From Candidatus Wolfebacteria bacterium (GTDB taxonomy: Bacteria > Patescibacteriota > Minisyncoccia > UBA6257 > UBA9933): a stretch of DNA of 64,000 nt. This document shows, piece by piece, positions 55,351-64,000 of the stretch; positions within the stretch are counted from its first letter, which is position 1; every line of letters starts with the position of its first letter. The notes under the pieces were generated by a model that ran no database searches, was not told the origin of the DNA, and worked only from the letters and a program-made list of their open reading frames with translations. The position numbers and the translations under genes were made by a program. The stretch lies in contig JANLIR010000005.1 in the NCBI GenBank assembly GCA_024654025.1, positions 1,174-65,173 on the forward strand, given 5' to 3'.

Positions 55351-57003
55351 CTAGTACTCCTCCCCCATCATCGGATTATGGCCATGAGATTCTTTTTCTT
55401 TTTCAGGAAGTTTGGCAATTGCCGCGCCGATTGTAAGATAAGTGCTCGCAACCGAAACTGCGTTTATAAACGCGGTTTTGGTAACCTTAAGCGGATCAAT
55501 CACTCCGGCGTCTTTCAAATTTTCTATCTTATTGTTAAAAGAATTAAAACCCACCCAATCGCTTTTTTCCTGTTTCTTATGAATCATCAATTCCCTCACA
55601 ATAACCGGCGTAAGCTCTCCGCTATTGTCTATAATTGCCTTTAAAGGCGCACGGACAGCCTTTAAAATAATTTCCATTACGGCTTTGTCAACTTCCTTTT
55701 CGTGTTCCAAAACCGATCCAACGTTTTCCAGGTTAGCAACATTAAACAACGCTATTCCGCCTCCGGGAACAATTCCCTCTTCCATTGCGGCTTTAGTCGA
55801 GTTAACCGCGTCTTCCACTCTTTGTTTTAATTCTTTTTGCGCGGATTCGGTCGGCGCTCCAACTTTCATCACCGCCACGCCTCCGGAAAGTTTTCCCAGC
55901 CGTTCTTGTAATTTTTCCCTATCGAATTCCGAATCGGTTTTTTCCAATTGATTTTTTATCTGTAAAATCCGTTTATCAATAGTTTCTTTATTGCCTTTTC
56001 CTCCGACAATCGTTGTGTTGTCTTTATTGGCGATTACCCGATGCGCCTGACCCAGAGAACTCACATCAACACTGTCCAGTTTTTTTCCGATATCTTCAGA
56101 GATAAATTCCGCTCCGGTAACCGTGGCAATATCTTCCAACATCTCTTTTTTTCTGTCTCCAAATCCCGGAGCTTTAACAGCCAAAACATTTAAAATTCCG
56201 CGAAGTTTGTTAACCACAAGCGTTGCTAGCGCCTCGCCTTCAACATCATCAGCAATAATAACCAATTCTTTTTTGCCGTTTTTGATTATTTTTTCCAAAA
56301 GCGGTAAAAGCTCGCTAATTGAAGAAATCTTTTTATCGGCAACCAAAATATACGGGTCTTCCAAAACCGCTTCCATCCGTTCAGGATTAGTCATCATATA
56401 AGCGGAAACATAACCGCGATCAAAACGAAGTCCTTCGACAACTTCATAAGAAAGCCCCACAGCGTTGGAATCTTCTACCGTAATTACGCCTTCTTTTTTA
56501 ACTTTGTCCATCACTTCGGCAATAAGTTTTCCCACTTCTTTGTCTTTTGCCGAAAGAGTGGCAACCTCTTCAATGTCTTTATTGCTCTCAACGGGAATTT
56601 TTTGAGCTTCAAGGGCTTTTACAACCGCTTCGCTTCTTGTTTTAAGGCGTTCCGCTAATCTGATTACGTTAAACCCCTTTTCACGAATTGCTTTTTCTCC
56701 CTCGTCAATCATCGCGTGCGCCAAAACAACGGCGGTCGTGGTACCGTCTCCAACATCATCATTAGTTTTAGAAGCCGCTTGTTTTATAAGTTCGGCTCCT
56801 AAATTCTCATATTTATCTTCAAGCTCGATCTCTTTAGCAACGGTTACTCCGTCAAAAGTTACTTGCGGCGCGCCGTACGCTTTTTCAATAACAACTGCCC
56901 GGCCGCGCGGACCCAAAGTCATTCGTACCGCTTCAGCTAATTTATCAATGCCTTTTTTTATTGCCGCCCTGGCTTTTTCATCAAATAAAATTTGTTTTGC
57001 CAT
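55351..57003 (-). CDS. groL: chaperonin GroEL
   Basis: Full-length Cpn60 with a Met/Gly-rich C-terminus. Confidence 0.95.
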   Translation of the reverse strand: MAKQILFDEKARAAIKKGIDKLAEAVRMTLGPRGRAVVIEKAYGAPQVTFDGVTVAKEIELEDKYENLGAELIKQAASKTNDDVGDGTTTAVVLAHAMIDEGEKAIREKGFNVIRLAERLKTRSEAVVKALEAQKIPVESNKDIEEVATLSAKDKEVGKLIAEVMDKVKKEGVITVEDSNAVGLSYEVVEGLRFDRGYVSAYMMTNPERMEAVLEDPYILVADKKISSISELLPLLEKIIKNGKKELVIIADDVEGEALATLVVNKLRGILNVLAVKAPGFGDRKKEMLEDIATVTGAEFISEDIGKKLDSVDVSSLGQAHRVIANKDNTTIVGGKGNKETIDKRILQIKNQLEKTDSEFDREKLQERLGKLSGGVAVMKVGAPTESAQKELKQRVEDAVNSTKAAMEEGIVPGGGIALFNVANLENVGSVLEHEKEVDKAVMEIILKAVRAPLKAIIDNSGELTPVIVRELMIHKKQEKSDWVGFNSFNNKIENLKDAGVIDPLKVTKTAFINAVSVASTYLTIGAAIAKLPEKEKESHGHNPMMGEEY

Positions 57004-57040
57004 ATTTTTTTTAGAAATTAGTTATTAGAAATTAGAGTTT
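57004..57040 (-). repeat. heptad repeat (ACTCTAA TTTCTAA TAACTAA TTTCTAA, in sense orientation) filling the groES-groEL spacer
   Basis: Direct reading. Confidence 0.65.
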
Positions 57041-57048
57041 TCGCTATT

Positions 57049-57336
57049 TTATTCCAAAATAGCGAGTATGTCTTCTTCATCCCCGACCAAATATTTTTTC
57101 CCTTCAATTTCAATTTCATCGGGTCCGTATTTTTTAAATAAAACAATGTCCCCGACCTTCACGGACATTGGAATTTTTTCTCCTTTTTCATTTACTTTTC
57201 CTGAACCAACTGCGACAACTTTGCCTTTAATCGGTTTATTTTCGGCTGTTTCAGGAAGAACAATGCCTGATTGAGTAATTTTTTCCGCCTCCAAAGGTTC
57301 GATAAAAACGTGATTTGATAATGGTTTTATATTCAT
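57049..57336 (-). CDS. groS: co-chaperonin GroES
   Basis: MNIKPLSNHVFIEPLEAEKIT... Confidence 0.95.
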   Translation of the reverse strand: MNIKPLSNHVFIEPLEAEKITQSGIVLPETAENKPIKGKVVAVGSGKVNEKGEKIPMSVKVGDIVLFKKYGPDEIEIEGKKYLVGDEEDILAILE

Positions 57337-57485
57337 AAAATTTATTATATTTTGCGACCTTACAGCGTTTACATTCTATATAAAAAAATAGGTAAGTCAA
57401 CCCCGTAATAATCCGCCTTGGACGAGCTACTGCCGAAAACAAAAAAAGGGCTGGTCAGGCCCTGAATTTAACGACCGATAAAACA

Positions 57486-57905
57486 TTAGCCAACAGCTGT
57501 CAATTCAGGAAAGATTTCCTGGATGGCTTTCTCAATATCCCCCAAAGAAAATGGCTTTGACAAAAACGCGTCGGCGTTGGACCTTGTAAACGCCGCCCCA
57601 TCATGCGTGTATGTAGGAGGATAAAGTCCGCTCATCAGTATTGTTGCTACATTTCCATTGCTGAATTCCTTCACGCCCCAGACCAATACGTCTCCGGTAA
57701 TTCCAGGCATTTCGTAATCCGAAATGACCAGGTCCGGGTAAGAATTAAACTGAGCTTGCTTTAGAAAATCCGCCAAAGCTTTAAGCGGGTCTGAAAATGC
57801 AATGGGCCGATGACCGAGTTCCCTTAGTAAGGCCTTCACCATCATCAAAACCTCTTCCTTGTCATCAACAACATACACCAAAAGACTTTTTTTCATCTCT
57901 CTCAC
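57486..57905 (-). CDS. response regulator, receiver domain only
   Basis: Segments VVDD, ISDYEMPG and the lysine in LSKP match CheY-like receivers. A terminator follows at 57441-57464. Confidence 0.75.
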   Translation of the reverse strand: MREMKKSLLVYVVDDKEEVLMMVKALLRELGHRPIAFSDPLKALADFLKQAQFNSYPDLVISDYEMPGITGDVLVWGVKEFSNGNVATILMSGLYPPTYTHDGAAFTRSNADAFLSKPFSLGDIEKAIQEIFPELTAVG

Positions 57906-57959
57906 CTCATTCTTTCAGTATTTTGAACTAAAGCTGAAGATAGTTTACGAATAAAAATG

Positions 57960-59021
57960 CTAAATGTCAAGTGTTTCTTGCTCCTCTTCCTTCGGCCTGT
58001 CTATTATCATCGGCTCTATTTCCGCGGCTTTACCGCTTATTCTTAAAACGTCTTTGTCGATTTTCCCAAGCTCTTTATAAGCGCTATTATACATATTTAC
58101 CGTTGTGCCCAAGTGAACTCCTATTTTTTTCATATAGGTTTCATAACTCGATAAATGCCTTCCTAGCTCCTCTACTCTTTTTCTTATTTCTTTTGCCGAT
58201 TCCTCAATCTGAAGCGCTTTTAATCCCTGAAGAACGGTTTGTAAATACGCCAAAAAAGTTGTGGGCGAAACAATCATTACTTTTTTATCGCCGGCCGCGT
58301 ATTGAATCAAATCGCGAGTATTGGACTTAACGGCGCCGATTTTATTAATAAGCAAATCATAGTAAACCGCCTCGGAAGGAATAAACATAAAAGAGAATTC
58401 CATCGTGCCTTCATTCGGTTTTATATATTTCGAGGTCTCGTCAATGCGATTTTTTAAATCGTCTTTAAAAGCCGCCTCGTAACGCGCCTTTTCGCTTTCG
58501 TCTTTTGTTCCTAAAATTCGATTATAATTTTCCAAACTAAATTTCGAATCAATAGGAATTATCTTATCTCTTACAAAAATCACCGCATCCACGATTGTCC
58601 CGTCTTTAAACGGGTATTGCATTTGAAAACTGCCGGGAGGCAAAACATTTTTTAAAACCGTTTCCAAATAATACTCTCCCAGCACTCCCCTTTGTTTCGG
58701 ATTGGTCAAAACATCTTGAAGATCTCTGAGCTGATCGGCAAAATCTATAACCTGCTTGTTTGTTTCGTCTAATTTAACTAAACGCTCCGTCACGTCTCTA
58801 ATAATTTTTGCGCTTTCGCCAAATTGGCTTTGCAAAATTCTGGTTGATTCGCCAAGTTTAACGTCTAAAGTGCGGGTTATTTCATTTATCTGGCCTTGAA
58901 TCATCAGCAGCGCTTGATTATCGTCTTTCGGTTGTAAAAATTTCTTGAATAAAAAATATACAGCTCCGACTATAGCTCCTAAAAATATTATTAATAATAT
59001 TAAAAGACTTCCTAAATCCAT
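57960..59021 (-). CDS. rmuC: DNA recombination protein RmuC
   Basis: N-terminal transmembrane helix, coiled coil, and an RmuC nuclease-like C-domain. Confidence 0.75.
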   Translation of the reverse strand: MDLGSLLILLIIFLGAIVGAVYFLFKKFLQPKDDNQALLMIQGQINEITRTLDVKLGESTRILQSQFGESAKIIRDVTERLVKLDETNKQVIDFADQLRDLQDVLTNPKQRGVLGEYYLETVLKNVLPPGSFQMQYPFKDGTIVDAVIFVRDKIIPIDSKFSLENYNRILGTKDESEKARYEAAFKDDLKNRIDETSKYIKPNEGTMEFSFMFIPSEAVYYDLLINKIGAVKSNTRDLIQYAAGDKKVMIVSPTTFLAYLQTVLQGLKALQIEESAKEIRKRVEELGRHLSSYETYMKKIGVHLGTTVNMYNSAYKELGKIDKDVLRISGKAAEIEPMIIDRPKEEEQETLDI

Positions 59022-59025
59022 ATAT

Positions 59026-59667
59026 TTATCTAAATATCACAATCGCTCCCTTGCCTTCTTTCTTTTTTGCCAGATACATTGCTTTGTCCGATTTTTCCAA
59101 AAGTTTAATCATATCGGCGATGATTTTACCCTCTTGATTTTTTGCCGCAATTACCCCGAAGCTGGCGCTCGGTTTTATTCCCGGCATTCCTTTTAATTTT
59201 GCGCGCGATAAGGCAGTTTTAATTTTTTTCGCCACCGCTTCAGCTTCATTGATGTCAGTATCTATCAGCCCCACAACAAACTCGTCGCCTCCCCATCTGC
59301 CAACTATATCTATATCGCGCAAAGTTTTTTTAAAAATATCGGCGGAAATTTTTATATACTTATCGCCGGCTTTATGACCATACCTATCGTTTAGTTTCTT
59401 TAAATTATCGAGGTCAATAAAAATAATTGAAAAATTTCTAATGGCGAATTTTCTCCTTTCTCTGCCTCCTTTAAAAAATTTTTCGCTGTCTTTCAATAAA
59501 TCCACAAACCTTTCCGCTTCCCGTAAAAACCCTTGTCTATTATAAAGACCGGTTAAAAAATCATAGTCCGCCAAAGATTTTAATTTTTCTATCTCTTTTT
59601 CCTGATTCTCGGACATTTTTTTCAATCGCAGTATTTCGCTCTTTAATTCAAATATTTTTTTATCCAT
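59026..59667 (-). CDS. GGDEF-domain diguanylate cyclase with N-terminal coiled coil
   Basis: DFLTGLYNR, FIDLDNLKKLND and RWGGDEFVV, the active GGDEF motif. Confidence 0.85.
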   Translation of the reverse strand: MDKKIFELKSEILRLKKMSENQEKEIEKLKSLADYDFLTGLYNRQGFLREAERFVDLLKDSEKFFKGGRERRKFAIRNFSIIFIDLDNLKKLNDRYGHKAGDKYIKISADIFKKTLRDIDIVGRWGGDEFVVGLIDTDINEAEAVAKKIKTALSRAKLKGMPGIKPSASFGVIAAKNQEGKIIADMIKLLEKSDKAMYLAKKKEGKGAIVIFR

Positions 59668-60563
59668 TACTTTATTTCCATTCCCTTTAACGCCGCAATT
59701 CGTTCTTCAATAGGAGGATGTGTCATAAAAAGCTTAGCAAATCCACCTATTTTTTTGCCTTTGAACGGATTATCCAGCCACAAATGAGCCGTGGTGTTGT
59801 TGGCAACCGCCATTGGGATATTAGCTCCTGAAATTTTTTCAAGCGCGTTTGCCAATCCTTCCGGATAACGGGTCAAAAGCGCGCCATCGGTGTCAGCCAA
59901 AAATTCCCGCTTTCTGGAAATCGCCATCTGTATCAAAATCGCGGCAATAGGCGCCAGTATCGCCAAAGCGATTCCGATTATAAAAAACAATCCACCCCCT
60001 TCCCTGTCATCGTTCCTCCTAAAACCGCCGAAAAGCGACGATCTCATAAAAATATCCGAGGCGATAGAAATAAATCCCACCAAAACCACGACAGCGGTTG
60101 ATAAAAGCATATCTCGATTTCCAACGTGTGAAAGTTCGTGAGCTAACACTCCTTCAAGCTCTGACCTGTCCATAATTTCTAAAAGTCCTTCAGTTACTGC
60201 CACAACGGCGTGTTTAGGATCTCTGCCGGTAGCAAAAGCATTTGGTTGTTTTTCCTTAACCAAATAGATTCTGGGCATCGGCAGTCCCGCGGTAATCGCC
60301 AAATTTTCTATAATATTATAAAGTTCAGGCGCGTCTTTTTTTTCTATCAATTGAGCTCTTGCCATCGAAAGCACAATTTTATCCGAATACCAATATGCCA
60401 AAATATTCATAAAAACGCTGAAAATCACCGCGAAATATAAAATTCCCGGGCTTCTATAAGCTTGCGCGAAAACCCAGCCAAAGCCGATAACGACAATCAA
60501 AAATAAAGTGAATAACAGCCAAGTTTTTCGGATATTCGAATCTTTTTGAGTATAAAGAGTCAT
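59667..60563 (-). CDS. htpX: zinc metalloprotease HtpX (M48)
   Basis: HELSHVGNRD HExxH motif and four transmembrane helices. Confidence 0.85.
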   Translation of the reverse strand: MTLYTQKDSNIRKTWLLFTLFLIVVIGFGWVFAQAYRSPGILYFAVIFSVFMNILAYWYSDKIVLSMARAQLIEKKDAPELYNIIENLAITAGLPMPRIYLVKEKQPNAFATGRDPKHAVVAVTEGLLEIMDRSELEGVLAHELSHVGNRDMLLSTAVVVLVGFISIASDIFMRSSLFGGFRRNDDREGGGLFFIIGIALAILAPIAAILIQMAISRKREFLADTDGALLTRYPEGLANALEKISGANIPMAVANNTTAHLWLDNPFKGKKIGGFAKLFMTHPPIEERIAALKGMEIK

Positions 60564-60578
60564 ACAATATTTACTTTA

Positions 60579-60620
60579 CACAAAAAACAAAAACTAAACA
60601 ACGTGTTATTATTGTTTAGT
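60579..60620 (-). terminator. long AT-rich hairpin terminator
   Basis: Minus strand AAAAACUAAACAA-uaauaacacg-UUGUUUAGUUUUU followed by a U-run. Confidence 0.45.
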
Positions 60621-60653
60621 TTTTATTAATTCAAGGCTAGTGGTTTACGGCCG

Positions 60654-61409
60654 TTATTTAATCTCGTAAGTAATATTGACGTTTACGGTTATCTCTTGAG
60701 TTCCCGGCTGAATTGACGGCGCAACCGAAGCAACTCCCCCACCCATACCTATTGATTTTTCAGCTCCATAATAAGGAATTGGCCCGTTTTGATATTCGCT
60801 AAGGTTTATAATCCTGCCCAAAGAAACCCCATTTTTACCAGTCATTTCTTGAGCTTTTGTTTTTACTTTATCAAACGCCTTATCTCTTGCTTCTTTTAAG
60901 AATTTTTCTTGATCATCGACTTCAAAAGAAATACTTCCGATTTGATTAATGCCTAATTCAGGAAGTCCGGCCAAAACAACAGCGACTTTATTTAAATCCC
61001 TAACTTTCACTTGAACAGATTGAGTCAATTTGTATCCGGAAAGATATTGCTTCCTTGTTTTTTCATCATAAACATAGTTCGGCTCAAGACTATAAGAAGT
61101 GGTTTTAATGTCTTTAGCGTCAACGCCCTGTGATTTGATAAAATCAATCGCTTTATTAATTTTTGCGTTATTGTCATTGGCAATTTTTGCCGGATCAGAG
61201 CCTTCGTTTACAACCGAAAAAGAAAATTTGGCGACATCCGGAGAAACCGTCACTTTACCTTCTGCCGAAACATTTATAGTCCGAGAAGGATACAACGAAT
61301 CCATATATTTTCTCGCTGGCCCCCAAACAACCGAGTAAATAACGATCAAAGTCAGCACTCCTAAAAATCCTGCTATCGCGCTATTTTTTACTTGTGAATT
61401 GTCATTCAT
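60654..61409 (-). CDS. SIMPL-domain (DUF541/BP26-like) protein
   Basis: N-terminal transmembrane anchor then an INVSAEGKVTVSPD...-type SIMPL fold. Confidence 0.7.
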   Translation of the reverse strand: MNDNSQVKNSAIAGFLGVLTLIVIYSVVWGPARKYMDSLYPSRTINVSAEGKVTVSPDVAKFSFSVVNEGSDPAKIANDNNAKINKAIDFIKSQGVDAKDIKTTSYSLEPNYVYDEKTRKQYLSGYKLTQSVQVKVRDLNKVAVVLAGLPELGINQIGSISFEVDDQEKFLKEARDKAFDKVKTKAQEMTGKNGVSLGRIINLSEYQNGPIPYYGAEKSIGMGGGVASVAPSIQPGTQEITVNVNITYEIK

Positions 61410-61416
61410 AATACAA

Positions 61417-62211
61417 TTAATTTATTTTATTAGTTAATTCGACTATTTTTTTAAATTCTTTTGCATTTAGACTCGCGCCACCGACCAAAGCGCCGTCAAT
61501 CTCGTTATGCTGTAAAAACCCTTTAATATTTTTGCTATCCACCGAGCCGCCATATAATACTCTAGGAGTTAGTAGTTGGTAATTAGTAATTAGTAGTTTT
61601 TTAATATATTTAATTGTTTCCAGGGCGGTTTCAGGGGTTGCCGAAATGCCGGTGCCTATCGCCCAAATCGGTTCGTAAGCAATAATCAATTTATTGCTCA
61701 ATAATTTTCCTTTTAAACCCTTTAAATCTTTCTGTAATTGATTTTTAACAAAATCCATTGCGGCTTTTTTGCCTTTTTTTCTAATTTCTAACGGCTCCCC
61801 CACGCAAAGAATCACTTTTAAACTCTCTTTTAACGCGGCTATAACTTTTTTGTTTATCATCTCGTCGGTTTCAGCCGCATATTTACGACGTTCAGAATGG
61901 CCGATTATGGCGTAATCCACGTACAAATCTTTAAGCATCTTCGGCGAAATCTCACCGGTGTAAGCCCCTTCAGTCGCCCAAAAAATATTTTGGGCTCCAA
62001 TTTTCAATTTTATCTGCCCCGTAGCAAGCGTGCTTTGCTTCGGGGAATTTTTAATTTTTAATAATTCGGATAAATAAATAAACGGAGGAACGATTACAAT
62101 TTCCGCATTTTTTGCTTGTAGTCTGTAGTTTGTAGTAGCTGAAAAAAGCTCTTTGGCTTTTTTCAGCGTCGGCGGGTTCATCTTCCAGTTGGCAATAATA
62201 AGTTTTTTCAT
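61417..62211 (-). CDS. tpiA: triosephosphate isomerase
   Basis: IIANWKMN, IGHSERR and GGASL motifs. The gene contains two in-frame heptad-repeat insertions. Confidence 0.9.
   Translation of the reverse strand: MKKLIIANWKMNPPTLKKAKELFSATTNYRLQAKNAEIVIVPPFIYLSELLKIKNSPKQSTLATGQIKLKIGAQNIFWATEGAYTGEISPKMLKDLYVDYAIIGHSERRKYAAETDEMINKKVIAALKESLKVILCVGEPLEIRKKGKKAAMDFVKNQLQKDLKGLKGKLLSNKLIIAYEPIWAIGTGISATPETALETIKYIKKLLITNYQLLTPRVLYGGSVDSKNIKGFLQHNEIDGALVGGASLNAKEFKKIVELTNKIN
61567..61597 (-). repeat. degenerate heptad repeat (ACTACTA ATTACTA ATTACCA ACTACTA, in sense orientation) inside tpiA
   Basis: Direct reading; encodes LLITNYQLLT. Confidence 0.7.
62113..62135 (-). repeat. heptad repeat (CTACAAA CTACAGA CTACAAG, in sense orientation) inside tpiA
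   Basis: Direct reading; encodes ATTNYRLQA. Confidence 0.8.
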
Positions 62212-62225
62212 ATTCCTCGTTTAAT

Positions 62226-62606
62226 TTAACCAGAATTTGCCGATTTTTTCCAGTTATAGTAAGCGCGTTCAATATCTGCCATATGGACTTCATCGATATG
62301 ACCAAGTTCGGAAAACACTTTTGACGCTTTCTCTTCCGCCATTAAAACTATATTTATTCTTATCTCGTCGCTCGGATACTCAATTGCATTGGTAATCAGA
62401 TAAATACATTCCTTGGCTAAATCGGGCGGAATTTGGCTAGGCTCGTCCAAAACTTCCACGATTCGGCGGGCTATCTGCCAATTTTCCGTTTCTTGGGGTT
62501 TTGCGCCGTGAATTAATTCAAACGCCTTTACTAAACTTTCATTGACTATTTTTTTCTGTTCCGGCTTTTTATTTTCTTTTTTGTTGCCGAAGAAATTTTT
62601 TTCCAT
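62226..62606 (-). CDS. hypothetical protein
   Basis: ORF only. Confidence 0.3.
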   Translation of the reverse strand: MEKNFFGNKKENKKPEQKKIVNESLVKAFELIHGAKPQETENWQIARRIVEVLDEPSQIPPDLAKECIYLITNAIEYPSDEIRINIVLMAEEKASKVFSELGHIDEVHMADIERAYYNWKKSANSG

Positions 62607-62607
62607 A

Positions 62608-64000
62608 TTAATTAAAATATTTTTTTACCAATTTGTTAAATTTATTTCCCCGGTCAAATTCGTTTTTAAATTTTTCAAAACTTGCCGCCGCGGGCGAAAA
62701 AACAATTACTCCTTTTTTAACTTTAGAAAGTTTCCGAATGATTTCTTCAAGTGTGTCGTGTAGATGCTTTTCACCGGATTTTTTAAAATAACCAATCTTA
62801 TTGAGGCATGAGATTAATTCCAATGTGGCGCTGCCTTTAAGCAAAAATAGATTCCGGGGCAGGATATTTTTTTTAATATATCCGGCTAAACCAGAAAAAT
62901 CCAAATCCTTGTCAGTGCCTCCGCAAATCAAAAAAAATCTATTTTTAAATCTTTTAAATCTTTCAATCGCGGCAATTGTGCCATCAGGACTGGTAGCGGC
63001 GGAGTCATTGACAATCAAAAAGGATTTATTTTTCAAAACAATTTCCTCCCGAAAAGCAATGACTGGCAAATTGTTGATTTTGGTCGTTAAAGTTTCCCAT
63101 GATTCCCCGCTTAAATAGGCTACCAGAATGGATGCCAATAGATTATGTTTTTGATGGGGGCTTAAATTTTTAACTGCGACAATATTTTTTTTGTCGCCGT
63201 TTTCTTGAAAAAATATCTTTTCTCCCCTGAAAAAAACTCCGTTTTTCTCTGGCGGCAACGATTTTAACGAAAAAAAGTACAAGCGGCTTTTAGGTTTTTC
63301 CTTCAGAAAAAAGTTTAAATTTTTATCGTCATTGTTAAGTATAAGGAAATCGCCTCTGGTCTGGCCGGAAAAAATCAGGGACTTAATTCGGCCGTATTTC
63401 ACCATAGTTTTGTAGCGGTTTAGATGATCTTGAAAAAGATTTGTAATAACAGCAATGTGCGGAGCTATTGTGGGGGTCTTTTTATCCAGATATTCAAGCT
63501 GATAAGAAGAAAGTTCAAGCACCGCCGGCTTATCGTTTTTTATCTCATCAATAATATTCAAAAGGCCCTTGCCGGGAATATTGCCCCCAAGAACGGCGGG
63601 GGAAAGAAAGTGAGCCGTCCAATTGGCAACTGTAGTTTTACCCCTTGTTCCCGTGATACCGATAAATTTTCCTGGCCGGTTACGAAAAGATAATAATTTC
63701 AAAAAAAGGGTGTAGTCGTTGTATATTTCCTTGCCAAATTTTTTGGCTTTTTTTACCCAGACGCTGAAAGCGCTGACCGCCGGATTAAAAACGATTATAT
63801 CGCTATTTTTGAAATCCCGATCGTCATGCCCACCCAAGCGAAATCTCATCTTGAATTTTTTAAGCTTGTTCAGCGATTTTCTCAACTCCTTATTTGTCCG
63901 CAGATCGGTAATGGCGAGATTGACGTTGTTTTTTAATAAAAATTTAGCAGTGCCGACACCGCCGCCTAATTGTCCCAAACCGACCAAAAGAACTTTTTTA
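62608..64000 (-). CDS. murD: UDP-N-acetylmuramoylalanine--D-glutamate ligase (5' end beyond window)
   Basis: The open frame reads ...KKVLLVGLGQLGGGVGTAKFLL into the window edge. GITGTRGKTTV is a Mur ligase P-loop. Confidence 0.85.
   Translation of the reverse strand, partial: KKVLLVGLGQLGGGVGTAKFLLKNNVNLAITDLRTNKELRKSLNKLKKFKMRFRLGGHDDRDFKNSDIIVFNPAVSAFSVWVKKAKKFGKEIYNDYTLFLKLLSFRNRPGKFIGITGTRGKTTVANWTAHFLSPAVLGGNIPGKGLLNIIDEIKNDKPAVLELSSYQLEYLDKKTPTIAPHIAVITNLFQDHLNRYKTMVKYGRIKSLIFSGQTRGDFLILNNDDKNLNFFLKEKPKSRLYFFSLKSLPPEKNGVFFRGEKIFFQENGDKKNIVAVKNLSPHQKHNLLASILVAYLSGESWETLTTKINNLPVIAFREEIVLKNKSFLIVNDSAATSPDGTIAAIERFKRFKNRFFLICGGTDKDLDFSGLAGYIKKNILPRNLFLLKGSATLELISCLNKIGYFKKSGEKHLHDTLEEIIRKLSKVKKGVIVFSPAAASFEKFKNEFDRGNKFNKLVKKYFN

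Noticed and set aside
1-64000. CRISPR arrays, rRNA genes, integrase or transposase genes
   Set aside because: No spacer-separated direct-repeat arrays, no rRNA-like conserved stretches, and no recombinase or transposase motifs were seen in any frame.

Overview
The window is an AT-rich, densely packed bacterial chromosome segment dominated by housekeeping genes. I infer a reduced-genome lineage of the CPR/Patescibacteria type (four prepilin-type pilin genes, ComFC, a TraG-like ATPase); this is inference, not a search result. I call about 73 CDS. These include recR, dnaB, cysS, mraY, pgk, rnhA, a dus-family gene, typA, fmt, def, gltX, murG, ftsW, secA, hpf, thyA, folA, groES/groEL, htpX, tpiA, a partial murD, and ribosomal proteins L21, L9 and L27. 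I also call RNase P RNA on the minus strand, tRNA-Gln(CTG) and tRNA-Gly(CCC). The findings I would look at first are these. (1) At two separate tRNA loci, an outer tRNA-like gene is broken in its anticodon region by an insert that carries an intact replacement tRNA. At the Gly locus a split tRNA-Gly(CCC) encloses a complete second tRNA-Gly(CCC), and the insert ends are complementary GC-rich 9-10 nt stretches. At the Gln locus the insert carries tRNA-Gln and a GIY-YIG (YhbQ-like) nuclease gene, flanked by tRNA-derived fragments, 10-bp direct repeats and a run of GC-rich tri-loop hairpins. Together these look like a tRNA-targeting mobile or intron-like element. (2) A TasA/camelysin-like, SipW, His-rich TasA-like fibre locus. 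(3) A family of sense-strand 'CTAnnnn' heptanucleotide tandem repeats that sits in-frame inside pgk, tpiA (twice) and fmt and also fills the znuC-znuB and groES-groEL spacers. (4) A GC-rich island carrying thyA, folA, a dCMP deaminase fused to a degenerate HxGH domain, and a cytidylyltransferase-like gene, which resembles a phage-type dTMP-synthesis module. (5) An orphan promoter-terminator pair that predicts a roughly 90-nt sRNA. (6) A 600-bp non-coding region with an 18-codon Lys-rich ORF, a DnaA box and several hairpins. (7) Tandem DnaA boxes next to an AT-rich tract. (8) Two nuclease genes flanking a small GC-rich cysteine-rich protein. (9) An amidohydrolase homologue that has lost its HxH metal site inside the murG-ftsW neighbourhood. 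No CRISPR array and no rRNA genes were seen.
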